A stretch of 64,000 bases of DNA, taken from contig CM000207.1 in NCBI GenBank assembly GCA_000002445.1, forward strand, positions 1,376,001-1,440,000, read 5' to 3'. Every line of letters begins with the position of its first letter. Positions within the stretch are counted from its first letter, which is position 1. The notes under the pieces are model-generated. The model saw only the letters and a list, made by a program, of their open reading frames with translations. It ran no database searches and was not told the DNA's origin. Below are positions 42,896-53,137 of the stretch, piece by piece. Position numbers and translations under genes: made by a program. The DNA comes from Trypanosoma brucei (taxonomy: Eukaryota).

Positions 42896-44596
42896 CTACC
42901 TATTTATGGCAGCTGTGCAGAGCCATGCGTTACAAAAATCATCTCCATTCTTATCAACCTCCATTTCACTTTCAGTTTTGCGGTTCGTTGCTTGGTCAAT
43001 CACGTCCAGTGTCGTCCGAACAGGTACGTGCCAGTGTGACGGAGAGAGTTGACCGCGTTGCACCCAAACGGCATACGGACGAGGCAGCGACAGCAACAAA
43101 CTCACAGCCCCCGTTGCCCAACTAAAACGTGCTCTATACGTAACAAGGTGCCTTTGTCGCCAACGCAGGAAAGAGCGGCGACTGAGCAACGAAAAGTGAT
43201 GATCGCGCATTTGGTCATTGGAGACGACAAGACAGTTTGGCCTGTGAATGGCGGCGAACAACCAACAGTAGTCATCGTTGAGAAAACCGGGACAAACAAT
43301 CAGTGAAGACTCTTGCCCCCACTTCTCCAACCACACCAAATTCTCCTTGGAGGGAGACCTAACATGCCGACTGTGCAGCATCACCACCGACTTTTTTCGC
43401 AGCTTCTGGGCTTCAGTTAACATCTCATCGATGAGGGAAAATTTCGGAGGCACATCAACGGGAAGTGGTATTTCACAGAGTTCATATTCTGGAAGAGTGG
43501 ATGGATCCACACCACGTGACCGCAGTAGTGCCTCCTTTGCTCCGCGATACCAATTACTGAGGCCATAATACCCTACATTGGCCCCATCAATCACGGCATC
43601 ATAATCAAGACGAGAAAGCGTGTCTTTGAACACCGCAAATTCTTCCCACCGCTCCTTTCGTTCCGTCAGCTCGACGACCTTCCCAGGTTCGTAGTGGCTT
43701 CCACTTTCCACCCTCGGGGCGATGAGCTTCGTTTCAATATCGCGCAGTAGAGTCACTCGGTCATCCGGAGCAAAGTCGAATGTGTGAACCCTCGTGCTGC
43801 ACCTGCAGCACATCCCTGTCTCATCATTCACTTCCGTTAACTCCCCGCCTAGAAGTTGTTGCAGTGCTTCCCCATTGGTTTTTCCAACGACTGGGTGGTG
43901 GTCGACCATACACTCCAAAAGCTCCGTGATGAGTGCCGAGATATCAGTCCCCTTCGCAGCACTTTGCAAGCAACGCAGTAACTGCTTGTAATCGACATCC
44001 CAGAACTCAAGTTGTTTCTGCCGTCCCATCCGCAGCGCTTTAAATGCTAACGTTGTATCGCCGGTTCGCGCCGCATGCTCGAGAAGTGGGGAAAAAAGCC
44101 GCCGCTTATGAGAACCTTCTGGAAGCATGGATATGATACGTTCTGCGAGACCCAAATTCACCTCATCGCTTTCGGTGAGCAGACGCAATGAAATAGTGGC
44201 GACCTTCTCATCCATGACTTTGGAGCGCAAAGACGCCTCGGCCTGCAGAATCTGCTGCAGCAGCGCCTGCCCTTCGTGCAGAAGTCCGTTTTCCACGAAC
44301 GAGTAGAGTACCCTCGCCACTGAAGAACTGCGGGGAAGGATTCGATGCTTCTCAGTACATTCCTTGAGGAAACTAGAGAGCACGCCAACAGACGTCCTGT
44401 CGGCCACCGCACGGCACCCTAACTCCGAAAAGGATTCGTTCACGAAGTCTGAAGTCTTCAAACGGCGCTTCAACTTCGTCTGACGGTTGTTCTTTATAAT
44501 CAGCTCCTGCACTGCAGGTAGGGCACTAAAATCCAGCGGGATGTCATCTTCCCTCCGCACGCGTTGACGCGGAGGTCCAGCGCAATCTGAAGACAT
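42896..44596 (-). CDS. PRORP: Proteinaceous RNase P (PRORP; PPR-like repeats plus zinc-binding module plus NYN nuclease), 566 aa
   Basis: ATG at 44594-44596. NYN-domain motifs …AVIDGANVGYYG… and …CPGFLNDDYCWLFAAIHRPNCLVVSNDQMRDHHFSLL… parallel plant PRORP (…DGANV…, …NDDWYWLYA…, …TNDEMRDH…F). The central CxxC (MCCRCS) fits the zinc site, and N-terminal helical repeats are consistent with PPR. The paralog (nuclear or mitochondrial) is not assignable from sequence alone. Confidence 0.7.
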   Translation of the reverse strand: MSSDCAGPPRQRVRREDDIPLDFSALPAVQELIIKNNRQTKLKRRLKTSDFVNESFSELGCRAVADRTSVGVLSSFLKECTEKHRILPRSSSVARVLYSFVENGLLHEGQALLQQILQAEASLRSKVMDEKVATISLRLLTESDEVNLGLAERIISMLPEGSHKRRLFSPLLEHAARTGDTTLAFKALRMGRQKQLEFWDVDYKQLLRCLQSAAKGTDISALITELLECMVDHHPVVGKTNGEALQQLLGGELTEVNDETGMCCRCSTRVHTFDFAPDDRVTLLRDIETKLIAPRVESGSHYEPGKVVELTERKERWEEFAVFKDTLSRLDYDAVIDGANVGYYGLSNWYRGAKEALLRSRGVDPSTLPEYELCEIPLPVDVPPKFSLIDEMLTEAQKLRKKSVVMLHSRHVRSPSKENLVWLEKWGQESSLIVCPGFLNDDYCWLFAAIHRPNCLVVSNDQMRDHHFSLLSRRSFLRWRQRHLVTYRARFSWATGAVSLLLSLPRPYAVWVQRGQLSPSHWHVPVRTTLDVIDQATNRKTESEMEVDKNGDDFCNAWLCTAAINR

Positions 44597-44668
44597 GCTG
44601 AAGCGGCCTTGTCAAAGCCTCCCCAAGTAACGGAGGGAGTGCGGCGGCATTTTGTAAGAGGGTAACAC

Positions 44669-44702
44669 AAACCCCCCCCCACACACACACATACACACAC
44701 AC
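44669..44702. repeat. C9 homopolymer followed by a (CA)n microsatellite
   Basis: aaacccccccccacacacacacatacacacacacgc read directly, intergenic. Confidence 0.85.
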
Positions 44703-45065
44703 GCAGAAATGGTACCAGATGAAGTGGAGAGAGCAAAGTGGAGAAGATAGGAGGAGAGGAAGCAGGTGCAAATGTGTTACATACTTCCTGTGATGACATG
44801 TTAGGCCAAAGACTGAAAATTGTCACTGGTATAAACGAAAATGTGATTGTTCCAGATGGACATATACATAGGTCTAATCGTAGCGGCATATGGCCTCCAT
44901 CAAACGAGTGGGCAGACTGACCGTCCGATGGTTGGTAGAGGTCGGCGCTTACAATCGTCAAACCTGCAAAATAGAAAAAGCGAATGCGAATCGAACAACC
45001 GATGAGGCGCTCTTCCGGGTAAAAACATACATGTGTCCTCAGCTCTCTAGTGCGGTCATTGCTGA

Positions 45066-45575
45066 TCAGTTTAGGAGAACGCGGAGCGCTGCGATTTGAA
45101 ATATGTTGGCGAGTTTCTGCGCGGATTTCTTCACCTCATATTCTGCCTGTTTAACATCCCGATCCATCACCTTTACACGCTTCCGCGCTTTTTCCATCTC
45201 CATACGCCTGCGGCGGTTCATCTTGCGATCCTTATTTTCTTCTACCTTTGCGTCGTACTCGGCGACGACGTTTTCGTAACTGACTCGCATTTGACTCTCT
45301 TTTTCGCAAGCCTCATCGAAGTTGCGCAGCATCTCAAGTTGCTTTTCACTGAAGTAACACGAGAAGGAGCAGGGCGCCTCATGCGTGCTGTACAAAATTG
45401 CATTATTGAATGACTTTGGAGCGCTACCGTAAATGAATTCTAATTCCCCCTGTAACAACTGCAAAAAATCGGTGAAACTCTCACATCTGCGCAGCGGTGC
45501 CAACTCTACCGCTACATCCACGTACTCGCTGCAGGCATGCAGGTGGGGACGTTTAAAAACCGCAAGTTCCTGCAT
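45066..45575 (-). CDS. Conserved hypothetical protein (169 aa from the first ATG)
   Basis: The ORF-track start at 45629 is a GTG; the first ATG is at 45573-45575 (MQELAVFKRPHLH…). The C-terminal half is charged and coiled-coil (…RRRRMEMEKARKRVKVMDRDVKQAEYEVKK…). Confidence 0.5.
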   Translation of the reverse strand: MQELAVFKRPHLHACSEYVDVAVELAPLRRCESFTDFLQLLQGELEFIYGSAPKSFNNAILYSTHEAPCSFSCYFSEKQLEMLRNFDEACEKESQMRVSYENVVAEYDAKVEENKDRKMNRRRRMEMEKARKRVKVMDRDVKQAEYEVKKSAQKLANIFQIAALRVLLN

Positions 45576-46289
45576 TACAACTTGTAACAAAGTAAAGTTA
45601 CTACTTCTATCAACACAGACAAACTTCACCCGTTAGACACCAGTTATTAATTGATAAAAGTCGTGATGGCTCACCACTGTGGAATGTACGTTAGTATTCG
45701 TGTACAGGTGAAAGGAGAAAAAAATGCCGTAGAAAAGAGGGAGAATGCACCAAGAAGCGTGAAGGTGACAATGGTATAAAGTGATGGAAGGAAGTCACAC
45801 ACATCTTTCCAGCGAGATGAAAGAGTGAAACGCAACCTATCACATAGAGAGGTATGCAACTCTCTTTAAGGTTAAATAACATTCACAGATGACAACGACA
45901 AAAATAAAAAAACGAAAACTTGGAAGTAAAGGAAAAGGCACACGCACAAAAAAGAAAGAAAATTACCTCTGCCACCCCGTGGCTCAGCAATATGGTTTAA
46001 TTCATCCCGCACTCGTTCCTTCCTGTTTCTCATTGCGATTCGAAAGAAGTGTGTGCGGCGCCCGCCGCGGTCCGTCGTGTCCACCCGTGCCATCTTCAAA
46101 GGTAGGCTTCTCCTTTTTTTATATATTTGTGGGTGCACATGCATGGACAGCACCCCCGTTTTTTGTTGCCACCAGATCCCTTTAAAACTTCCCCCTCCGC
46201 TATGCTCATTCCTTCAGTCACTGACCACATAACTGAGTATATATATATTTTTTTTTTGGGGGGGAAGGTTTGCTGAAGAAAGGAGGTGA

Positions 46290-46784
46290 TTACTCGAGAA
46301 CTGCTGTGTTGATAAGGCCGATACTCTCCAGGGCGTCACAATCCTTGTGCAGCGCATTGATGTTGTTATATGCGTAACCGCCGTACATCTCCTCCAGGTT
46401 TTCGGGTAGAATATTGTACTCTCCGGAGCTACTTGGGGTGAGTTCGATGTCGTATTCGTCCTTGAAGAACTCCTTGAGTGCCTCATGGCTGTTAATGTCC
46501 GTTTCAACATCCTGTAGGGTACTTTCTTGGAAGCGCACAAAGTCATCATGTGTCCAGTAACCTTTTCCATTATCGAATCGGTCGAATATCATGCGAACGA
46601 GAACCACATCCTCCGGGCTCAGTAAAATCCTAAAACCTTCCTGTGCCGCGCGATTGTAAAGCTCCCTGCAGTTTGCACAGTACATTTCACCCATCGCCTC
46701 ATCGAACTGAAGGTCCTCAATACCTAAGCACTGCTTGTTGGCACACACCTGGAGAACAACCACATCATCATCGTCATCGGACAT
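46290..46784 (-). CDS. Conserved hypothetical acidic protein with N-terminal CxxxxC…CxxC motif (164 aa)
   Basis: ATG at 46782-46784. MSDDDDDVVVLQVCANKQCLG…YCANCRELY suggests a small zinc-ribbon. The rest is acidic. Confidence 0.55.
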   Translation of the reverse strand: MSDDDDDVVVLQVCANKQCLGIEDLQFDEAMGEMYCANCRELYNRAAQEGFRILLSPEDVVLVRMIFDRFDNGKGYWTHDDFVRFQESTLQDVETDINSHEALKEFFKDEYDIELTPSSSGEYNILPENLEEMYGGYAYNNINALHKDCDALESIGLINTAVLE

Positions 46785-47182
46785 GTTTTCCCTCTTGTGT
46801 CTACCCTATAGTGTGTCTACACAGGAGCAGTGCCAACTAACTCATTATTATTATTATTATTGATATTGTTATGGAAAATTGTAGAAAAGAAAGAAAAGTG
46901 GTGTGAAAATGCAGCTGATGAAACGAAATCATTAGGTGGTACTAGATTCCTTGTGCCACCTTTGCACCCCGGCACGGTGTGGACCGCTTAATGGATATGA
47001 TCTGCGAGAACGAAAAATGAAGGAACACGTTCCAAGGGGAAGCCAAAACCGAGAAGTTCACACCGTTCTGTTCACGTATTAACCTCCTTTTTTCAGCATC
47101 TGTGGCTGTCTTGGCGAATACCTATGCGCATATTACTTGTGCACGCACAACCGCTCGCTCAAAGGGATTCATCAGGTTGCCA

Positions 47183-48730
47183 TTAATCAGTCTGCAAAAC
47201 GTAATCAACAGTGCAGGTCGATACGGTGCCATATATACGCTGAACTTCCTGAAAGCAGGGGCGATGTGTTGTCAGTGGAGCCTTGTGTACGCGAGGATCC
47301 CTCAAGTTGACGGGTGACACTGCCCGCTCCCCGTTCTCCAACGTTGTCGCTGGTAACGTAGAAAAGTCCGTCAACACGGCACGATTCTTCGGCCCTGGGG
47401 CCACGTACAAGACCAGCGCCGCAGCGTTTATATAGTTGCGCCACCGCATCAAGATGTCTCTAACCTCCACCCTCCACCTAATTTCCTGCGCTCGACGAAT
47501 TTGTGACCCAATGCTCCCGTAACTTCCGCCTTCCTTCTCGTTGGAGGACTGCTTTCCACCTTGCTTCTTCCGGACAACATATCGCTGGAACGCTTTGTGG
47601 GCAACAGGCTCCCCTTCGATGAAAACACCCCCAGCAAAGTAACCCCCATGACACATAAGAATAACCCAAGGAAGAAAAGTAAAGGAACGAATTGAACCCC
47701 ACAGCTTCGTAGAAATGTCAGACGGCAGCCTCTTGCTACTTCCCCCTTCCTCTTCCTGTTTCTTTTCCTCCTGAATGGCGTCAAACTCTGCCACTAACTG
47801 TTTCGATAGCTCCGCCGTGGCACCACCGTCATCTTCCGCATCCCCATCCGCTACATCGTCCTCGTTCTCGTCGGATTCCACATCAACAAGAAGGTCTTCG
47901 TCTACCAACATTTTTGCCAAATTGTCGTCGACCTCCGGAAGCACAACAACACCATCACCTACATTGTCGGAGTCAGTTGCTTCTACCTTGCTTTCATTCG
48001 CTGACTCAATGGTGCTTGAAGGGGGCCGCCCAAACGTCAAAGCGACTACAACCGCACGGTGTAACGCCACCCGAACGGTGCACGGACACCCATCATATTC
48101 AACAACTGTATCAAAGAGCAAGTGCGCCAGCGGGGTATTTAAAACTGGGATGCATTTCCCCGAACCGACCACCTCCTGCGGTATATCTCGGCTTTTGCAA
48201 TCTGCATACGTGGTGAGGACTTTAACCTCACCAACCACTGTCGTTTCTTCATTCTCCACCTGGTGTTCTGTTTCCTCAGGTTTTGAGGAAGGTCCCGCCC
48301 CTACATTATCTCCTGTTTCCTTTTCTTGCCCCTCTTTCCCCTTGCGCTCCGTCTTCTTGCTTTTTGCCTTTGCTTTAGACCGCTTTTTCTTTTCCTCGCG
48401 CTTCTTTTCAAGTTCCCGTGCGACAAGGGTTGCCTCATCATTTCCATCCTCCCCCTCCTCTTCCCCAAAGTCAACGCCAAGGAGGGTTTCAACGGAGTTT
48501 GTTCGAGCAAGTATCATTTCATTTACTGCGCGCTCCAATTCGTCCACCTCCTTGAGTAAACGATCAACATACTCACCGCTGAATCCACTAATTTTTTCTC
48601 GTGCCTCCTTTAGTCGCTCCATGCTTGACATGTAAGCACCCTCAGCCTGGTACGCATTCCGTGGCTGAATCTTAAGGCACACTCGTGTATCTGCTAAGAG
48701 TTTCTCAACCACTGCGATGGGTGAGGTCAT
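47183..48730 (-). CDS. Vms1/ANKZF1-like protein with VLRF1 (eRF1-like peptidyl-tRNA hydrolase) domain, 515 aa
   Basis: ATG at 48728-48730. The C-terminal region …FTFLPWVILMCHGGYFAGGVFIEGEPVAHKAFQRYVVRKKQGG…GSIGSQIRRAQE…HRPCFQEVQRIYG… parallels the ANKZF1/Vms1 VLRF1 domain as I recall it (…RAGHFAGAIF…HKTFHRYTVRAKRG…, catalytic Gln in a GxQ/GSQ loop, …RRPTFQELQRV…). The N-terminal half is coiled-coil and Lys/Glu-rich. No ankyrin repeats are obvious. Confidence 0.55.
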   Translation of the reverse strand: MTSPIAVVEKLLADTRVCLKIQPRNAYQAEGAYMSSMERLKEAREKISGFSGEYVDRLLKEVDELERAVNEMILARTNSVETLLGVDFGEEEGEDGNDEATLVARELEKKREEKKKRSKAKAKSKKTERKGKEGQEKETGDNVGAGPSSKPEETEHQVENEETTVVGEVKVLTTYADCKSRDIPQEVVGSGKCIPVLNTPLAHLLFDTVVEYDGCPCTVRVALHRAVVVALTFGRPPSSTIESANESKVEATDSDNVGDGVVVLPEVDDNLAKMLVDEDLLVDVESDENEDDVADGDAEDDGGATAELSKQLVAEFDAIQEEKKQEEEGGSSKRLPSDISTKLWGSIRSFTFLPWVILMCHGGYFAGGVFIEGEPVAHKAFQRYVVRKKQGGKQSSNEKEGGSYGSIGSQIRRAQEIRWRVEVRDILMRWRNYINAAALVLYVAPGPKNRAVLTDFSTLPATTLENGERAVSPVNLRDPRVHKAPLTTHRPCFQEVQRIYGTVSTCTVDYVLQTD

Positions 48731-49084
48731 GATGCTTTTTCCAGAAGAGTGGAGACAATAAACCCTTCAATGTGCCGACGTCCCCACCTTCCTAGGCGAA
48801 AGTGATACGACATTCACGCGGCATATTAAGAAAACGAAGAGAAAGCAAATCAACAGCCGAGTGGTATAGCAGTAGTTGGTAGACGGAAACTCGTTAAGCG
48901 TAAAAGGAAACAAGCGGCGATAGAGCTACCTTTTGCGTTTGCTTTCAAAACAAAACAAATCAAAACACAACACTGATATAAATACCTGTATAGACGAGCT
49001 GACAACGCCCTTAAGAAGGTCTGAATCCGAGCAAGGTGTTGCGTCCACTTTATTCACACGATCGACACAGCACCACGCTTCCAT

Positions 49085-50785
49085 TCAGGGGCATCCCCCA
49101 CTCATTTCCTTCACATCTATGACACCATTGTTGTCGCCATACTCGCCACCGCTCAGCTGAACACCTTTACACAACCAACTTTCTGTTGGTCGAGCGTAGC
49201 TCGGTGCTGCGGGTGCGACACCGCTGCCGGTGCGTCTCACACTGCTTGCTCGTCGCGACACGTTACTATAAAAGTCCGCATTTACCACAGGAAGTTCTGA
49301 CGTTGGTACTGCCCTAATGAACGCCCCATAGTGATCTCCAGGAAATGCACAGCTTGCACCAACCAGCGGGGCACTACCCACCAGTACCTGCGGGGGTGGA
49401 ATACAATGTTTTCGACCTCTCCTTTCGTTAGGTTCAGCACCACATTTACTTTTCTTTTCCTTCAATTCGTTTTCGGTTTGCTGCACCGGTTCCAGCTTTA
49501 CGCAGTTTGCATCCCAACTATTGGAGTCGTGGTAATCTCTGCAACCATTACCGATGCCACGCGCCTGCAGTGAACGTGCAAACTGTTCGAGAACACTTCC
49601 AAGTGAAGACACAAGTGTTCCATCGATCTTGCGCGACCGTTCCTTTTTCCTGTGGTTCCTCTCAACGCTTTGATATGGAGTGGGGACTGATTCTGCATAC
49701 ATGATCGCTCTCCCAGTTTCGCCGTTAACTTTTCCAACTACGGCGGGCGCCCCGGAGGTTGTGGAAAAGTCCTCTTCGGAAACTGCCAAAGCGGGTGGCG
49801 GTCTTCGGGTGAGTCGCTTTGCGAGACACGCGGCAGCGTTAGGGTTTGGAGTCAGCAGAACACACCTTGCTTCGGTCACTGTGGGTAAATTGTGTAAAGG
49901 TTGTGATGGTGTAGTCATAGTCTGAGCTTTAACTTCTGTCATCGGTAGTGTGCTGGTGGGCATGTGTGGCTCCGGAGAGCTCAGAAGTTCCCCTGCCTCT
50001 TTTGTATTCGTCATCGGTCCCATCTCTGCACCGGATGCAGGCGCCGGATGCGGGCCCTCAACTAGACCACTAGCATAACTCGGGGAGCTATTTAAATTGC
50101 GGTCTTTGCTGCCAGGACACCAATTCTCATCTTCTTCAGTAAACCGAAACTGACTCGCAACATTATCATCGCTCCCAGCTGTTTGGGCGGATATAGTAAC
50201 CGAACTGGCCGTTTTGGGTGACGCAGGAGTAAGCACTGTCGAATAGTTTTGAGGGGATGAAACCCTTTCTGCACCAATATACGGGCCACATTCATGAGTT
50301 AGAAGTTCTCTTGCTTGTTTGATGGCAGCACGCGATTTTTCAATCATTAAGTCCCATTCCAATGCTTCCACATCTGTTGATGTTGCTGCCGTTGGTTCCA
50401 ACAAGTCTTTGCGTAGCAGGTGGGTTACTTCACAATCACCATCCGTTGGAACCTCCGGACCTGACTCGGGACGTGGAGGTTTATCAAGTACATAGTTTCG
50501 CAATAGGGGGATGTCCAGTGTGGATGATGGATACGCACCTTCTGTTGCAGGTGTTGACTGTAATACATCAGCGGCAGATCCTCCGTCTGAGCGTAATAAA
50601 TCACCGCCTGTACCAGACACTTCGGGCGTCGGCTGATACACTTTAGACGGTCGAAACACACGGTGTGACATGTGCACGGCGTTGGGAAAGTACGCAAAGT
50701 TCGCGGCAGCGTCATACGCTACGTCCCCTAAGTTGTCCTCCAGGGTTTCACCAAAGTAGTGCGCAAGGTATGGGTTGTTGCTCAT
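49085..50785 (-). CDS. Low-complexity S/T/P-rich hypothetical protein (about 566 aa from the first ATG)
   Basis: The ORF-track start at 50941 is a GTG; the first ATG is near 50783-50786 (MSNNPYLAHYFGE…; ±1 nt uncertainty in my position count). The composition suggests intrinsic disorder. No domain recognised. Confidence 0.5.
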   Translation of the reverse strand: MSNNPYLAHYFGETLEDNLGDVAYDAAANFAYFPNAVHMSHRVFRPSKVYQPTPEVSGTGGDLLRSDGGSAADVLQSTPATEGAYPSSTLDIPLLRNYVLDKPPRPESGPEVPTDGDCEVTHLLRKDLLEPTAATSTDVEALEWDLMIEKSRAAIKQARELLTHECGPYIGAERVSSPQNYSTVLTPASPKTASSVTISAQTAGSDDNVASQFRFTEEDENWCPGSKDRNLNSSPSYASGLVEGPHPAPASGAEMGPMTNTKEAGELLSSPEPHMPTSTLPMTEVKAQTMTTPSQPLHNLPTVTEARCVLLTPNPNAAACLAKRLTRRPPPALAVSEEDFSTTSGAPAVVGKVNGETGRAIMYAESVPTPYQSVERNHRKKERSRKIDGTLVSSLGSVLEQFARSLQARGIGNGCRDYHDSNSWDANCVKLEPVQQTENELKEKKSKCGAEPNERRGRKHCIPPPQVLVGSAPLVGASCAFPGDHYGAFIRAVPTSELPVVNADFYSNVSRRASSVRRTGSGVAPAAPSYARPTESWLCKGVQLSGGEYGDNNGVIDVKEMSGGCP

Positions 50786-51436
50786 ACTGCATGTGGCCCC
50801 TCGGACCTTGACACATGGAAGGAGGAGAGGGTAGAAAGAGAAGCAAAAAGAGGACAAAATCAAGAGTACTAGCGAACAGGCATAGTCACAAGAATACACG
50901 CAGGTGAAGCTGGTCCACCACACTAGGTAAAGCAAGAGCACACGACTTACAAGTAGGATACTTCACGACTTACAATGCGGACCGATAAAACGCGCAATTG
51001 AAGTGAAGAAAAGAAGGGGCTTGAGAAACATGGAAGAAGCGTAAGCTAAAATGAAGATGGGGGTTCAAACTTTGCTATCTGTACCACTTAGCAGTAGTAC
51101 TCCAATCTCCCTACCTCTCTTTGCATTATTTCTCCCTCTTCACTACCTCTCGGTAGTGTTTCTCTCTCTCCTTTTTCGCTTCCCTTCGAGTCACTTCTGC
51201 CCATCCCTCTTCCTCCTCTCAAATATCTCCCCTGCTCTAGGCAACGTGATTGAGGGATAAAACATCAGTGTATAAATTATCGGTCCGCTACTAATAACAC
51301 AGGGAATGCTTTTTGAATCGCTACAGCCCCGAGCACGTTTCATATCGACTTCATTTAATCAGATTATCACATCTCTCTTTTACCTTTTGTTTTTGCTTAT
51401 TCGTTTCATATATTACTTTCACTCACAAAATCAACT

Positions 51437-53137
51437 TTAAGCGCTTGAGGCGTGTACCTTTAGCACACAGAGGGCTTCTGTAACCTTCTCGTGCATTAGT
51501 TTAGGGTTGGAAAGGAGGGCTAACGCCTCCTTAGGGTTCATCTCAAGGAACATGCCAGTAATTTTCGGTGCGTGATCCGGAGCAAGCTCATGCACCTTAA
51601 TGTAGAGCCTGTCACCCAGAGCGGCGCGTTGTTCGTCCACCGACATTTGTTGCAGATCTTCAGCTGAGATGGGCGGCAGCGGTGGTGTATCGGGAGCGAT
51701 GGCAGGTGATGCCTGAGGAGTACGGGGTACGGCGGAGAAACCCATTGAGGGTGCGGTAAACATAACGCTGTGAGCCGCTGCTGGTGGCACCGTAGTGGCG
51801 AGTGGTGGTTGCGGCTCAGGTTGAGGTTGTGGCTGTTGTTGACGTGGGTGCGGACGGTTGCCCCGGCCGCCACTGCGGGCATTGCGTCTCTGCAGTGGAT
51901 GCCCCGGCATACCGAACGGAGGAGGATGCATATGGTGCATCATCATTTGCAGGCGTTGCTGGAGCTGTAACTTCAGCATGGTGAGGCGCTGGTCACGGCG
52001 CTGCGCAATGTTGACAACGAGAGGTTTCCCGTTCAGCATACGACCATTCATTTCACGGAGTGCGGCGTTTGCCTGATCCGCATTTTCGAAACTTACAAAG
52101 CCGAAACCGCGACTTATGCCATTGGCATCGGTCATCACACGGCAGCTGCGAATAACACCGTACTCTTTGAACAGTTCATTGAGGTCTTTTTCCGTGAACT
52201 CAGCGTCAAAGTTACGGACGTATAAGTTGTTTCCAAGTGACTGGCACTGCATGTATTTTTGGCGGAGTGCAATAAGCCGCTCACTTCTCGGTTGAGCTCG
52301 CTGCACGTACAACTTCTCCCCAGGCTGCGTAACACCTTCCACCTCTTGATCATGTGACGCCTCAATGGCTTTAACTGCGTCATCGTGTTTTTCAAAGTTA
52401 CAGAAGGCGAATGCACGACCGTTCTTGTCTTTGCATATCGCTGCGCTCGTGATGCCGCCAAACTTCGAAAAGAATTTTTCGATAACGTCTTTATCAACTG
52501 TGGGAAGGAGCTGCTTTATGTACACGTTCGTGAAGTTCGCCACAAGTGCGGCAAGACGGGCATTACGACGAATGAAATTGGCAACATACAGTGCTGCCTT
52601 ATCCGCATCGGCGTGTTCCTTGTCACCGTTCATTTTCTCGATGGCGGCTTTGGCTGCATCGTCGTCCTTGAAGTGGACAAAGCCGTAACCGCGACTTTTC
52701 CCGCTCTCATCGTCCATCACCTTGCAGGAAAGGATCTCACCAAACTTCTTGAATATCAAACTCAATTCCCGACTGTCTACCTCCTCCTTAAGGTTTTTGA
52801 CGAATATATTACCACTTCCGCTGTACCGCAGTGCTGGGTCACGCTGCTGCCACATGATTCGGATACACTTTTCACCCACTCGCTTGAAATTGAGTTCCTC
52901 CATGGCTTTCGACGCGCTATTCACATCGTCATAGTTCACATAACCGTATCCCAATGAGCGCTGCGTGATGATGTCACGGCAGACGCGGACGTTGAGAATA
53001 GTTCCATACGGTTTAAAGATGTCCACCAACTGTGGCTCATTAATAGCAGGATCGAGGTCGCCAACGTACAATGAAGCCACTTGTAGCGGCTTCGTGGCGG
53101 AGGGACCGGAGGGAACCCCCTGTGCAGCGATTGTCAT
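51437..53137 (-). CDS. PABP1: Poly(A)-binding protein (4 RRMs plus C-terminal PABC/MLLE domain), 566 aa; probably the PABP1 paralog
   Basis: The ORF-track start at 53167 is a GTG; the ATG is at 53135-53137 (MTIAAQGVPSG…). There are four RRMs (…LYVGDLDP…, …GNIFVKNLK…RGYGFVHF…, …NVYIKQL…, …NLYVRNFD…SRGFGFVSF…). A Pro/Gln-rich linker precedes the PABC helix bundle (…LGDRLYIKVHELAPDHAPKITGMFLEMNPKEALALLSNPKLMHEKVTEA…). The PABP1 versus PABP2 assignment is inferred only from proximity to actin on T. brucei chromosome 9, not from the sequence itself. Confidence 0.9.
   Translation of the reverse strand: MTIAAQGVPSGPSATKPLQVASLYVGDLDPAINEPQLVDIFKPYGTILNVRVCRDIITQRSLGYGYVNYDDVNSASKAMEELNFKRVGEKCIRIMWQQRDPALRYSGSGNIFVKNLKEEVDSRELSLIFKKFGEILSCKVMDDESGKSRGYGFVHFKDDDAAKAAIEKMNGDKEHADADKAALYVANFIRRNARLAALVANFTNVYIKQLLPTVDKDVIEKFFSKFGGITSAAICKDKNGRAFAFCNFEKHDDAVKAIEASHDQEVEGVTQPGEKLYVQRAQPRSERLIALRQKYMQCQSLGNNLYVRNFDAEFTEKDLNELFKEYGVIRSCRVMTDANGISRGFGFVSFENADQANAALREMNGRMLNGKPLVVNIAQRRDQRLTMLKLQLQQRLQMMMHHMHPPPFGMPGHPLQRRNARSGGRGNRPHPRQQQPQPQPEPQPPLATTVPPAAAHSVMFTAPSMGFSAVPRTPQASPAIAPDTPPLPPISAEDLQQMSVDEQRAALGDRLYIKVHELAPDHAPKITGMFLEMNPKEALALLSNPKLMHEKVTEALCVLKVHASSA

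Noticed and set aside
47775-48635. A 286-aa plus-strand ORF rich in Ser/Thr (…SSSASPSATSSSFSSDSTSTRRSSS…)
   Set aside because: It lies entirely antisense to the well-supported Vms1-like gene. Its low-complexity composition is what the reverse complement of a Glu/Asp/Lys-rich coding region gives. It is the only long plus-strand ORF, whereas every real gene is on the minus strand.
51051-51260. A plus-strand polypyrimidine block (about 190 nt CT-rich) as a splice acceptor for a plus-strand gene
   Set aside because: No plus-strand ORF follows it. It sits in the 3' UTR of the minus-strand PABP gene, where it is GA-rich on the mRNA. It probably also serves as the composition-biased spacer upstream of the next minus-strand gene's acceptor.
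42282-53137. A functional operon of translation and ribosome-quality-control genes (eL37, PRORP, Vms1-like, PABP, MTG1-like, DRG)
   Set aside because: Kinetoplastid polycistronic units are not functionally organised. Adjacent genes are unrelated (ALG11, Exo70, kinase, IDI), and the clustering of a few translation-related genes is what chance gives in a 30-gene stretch.
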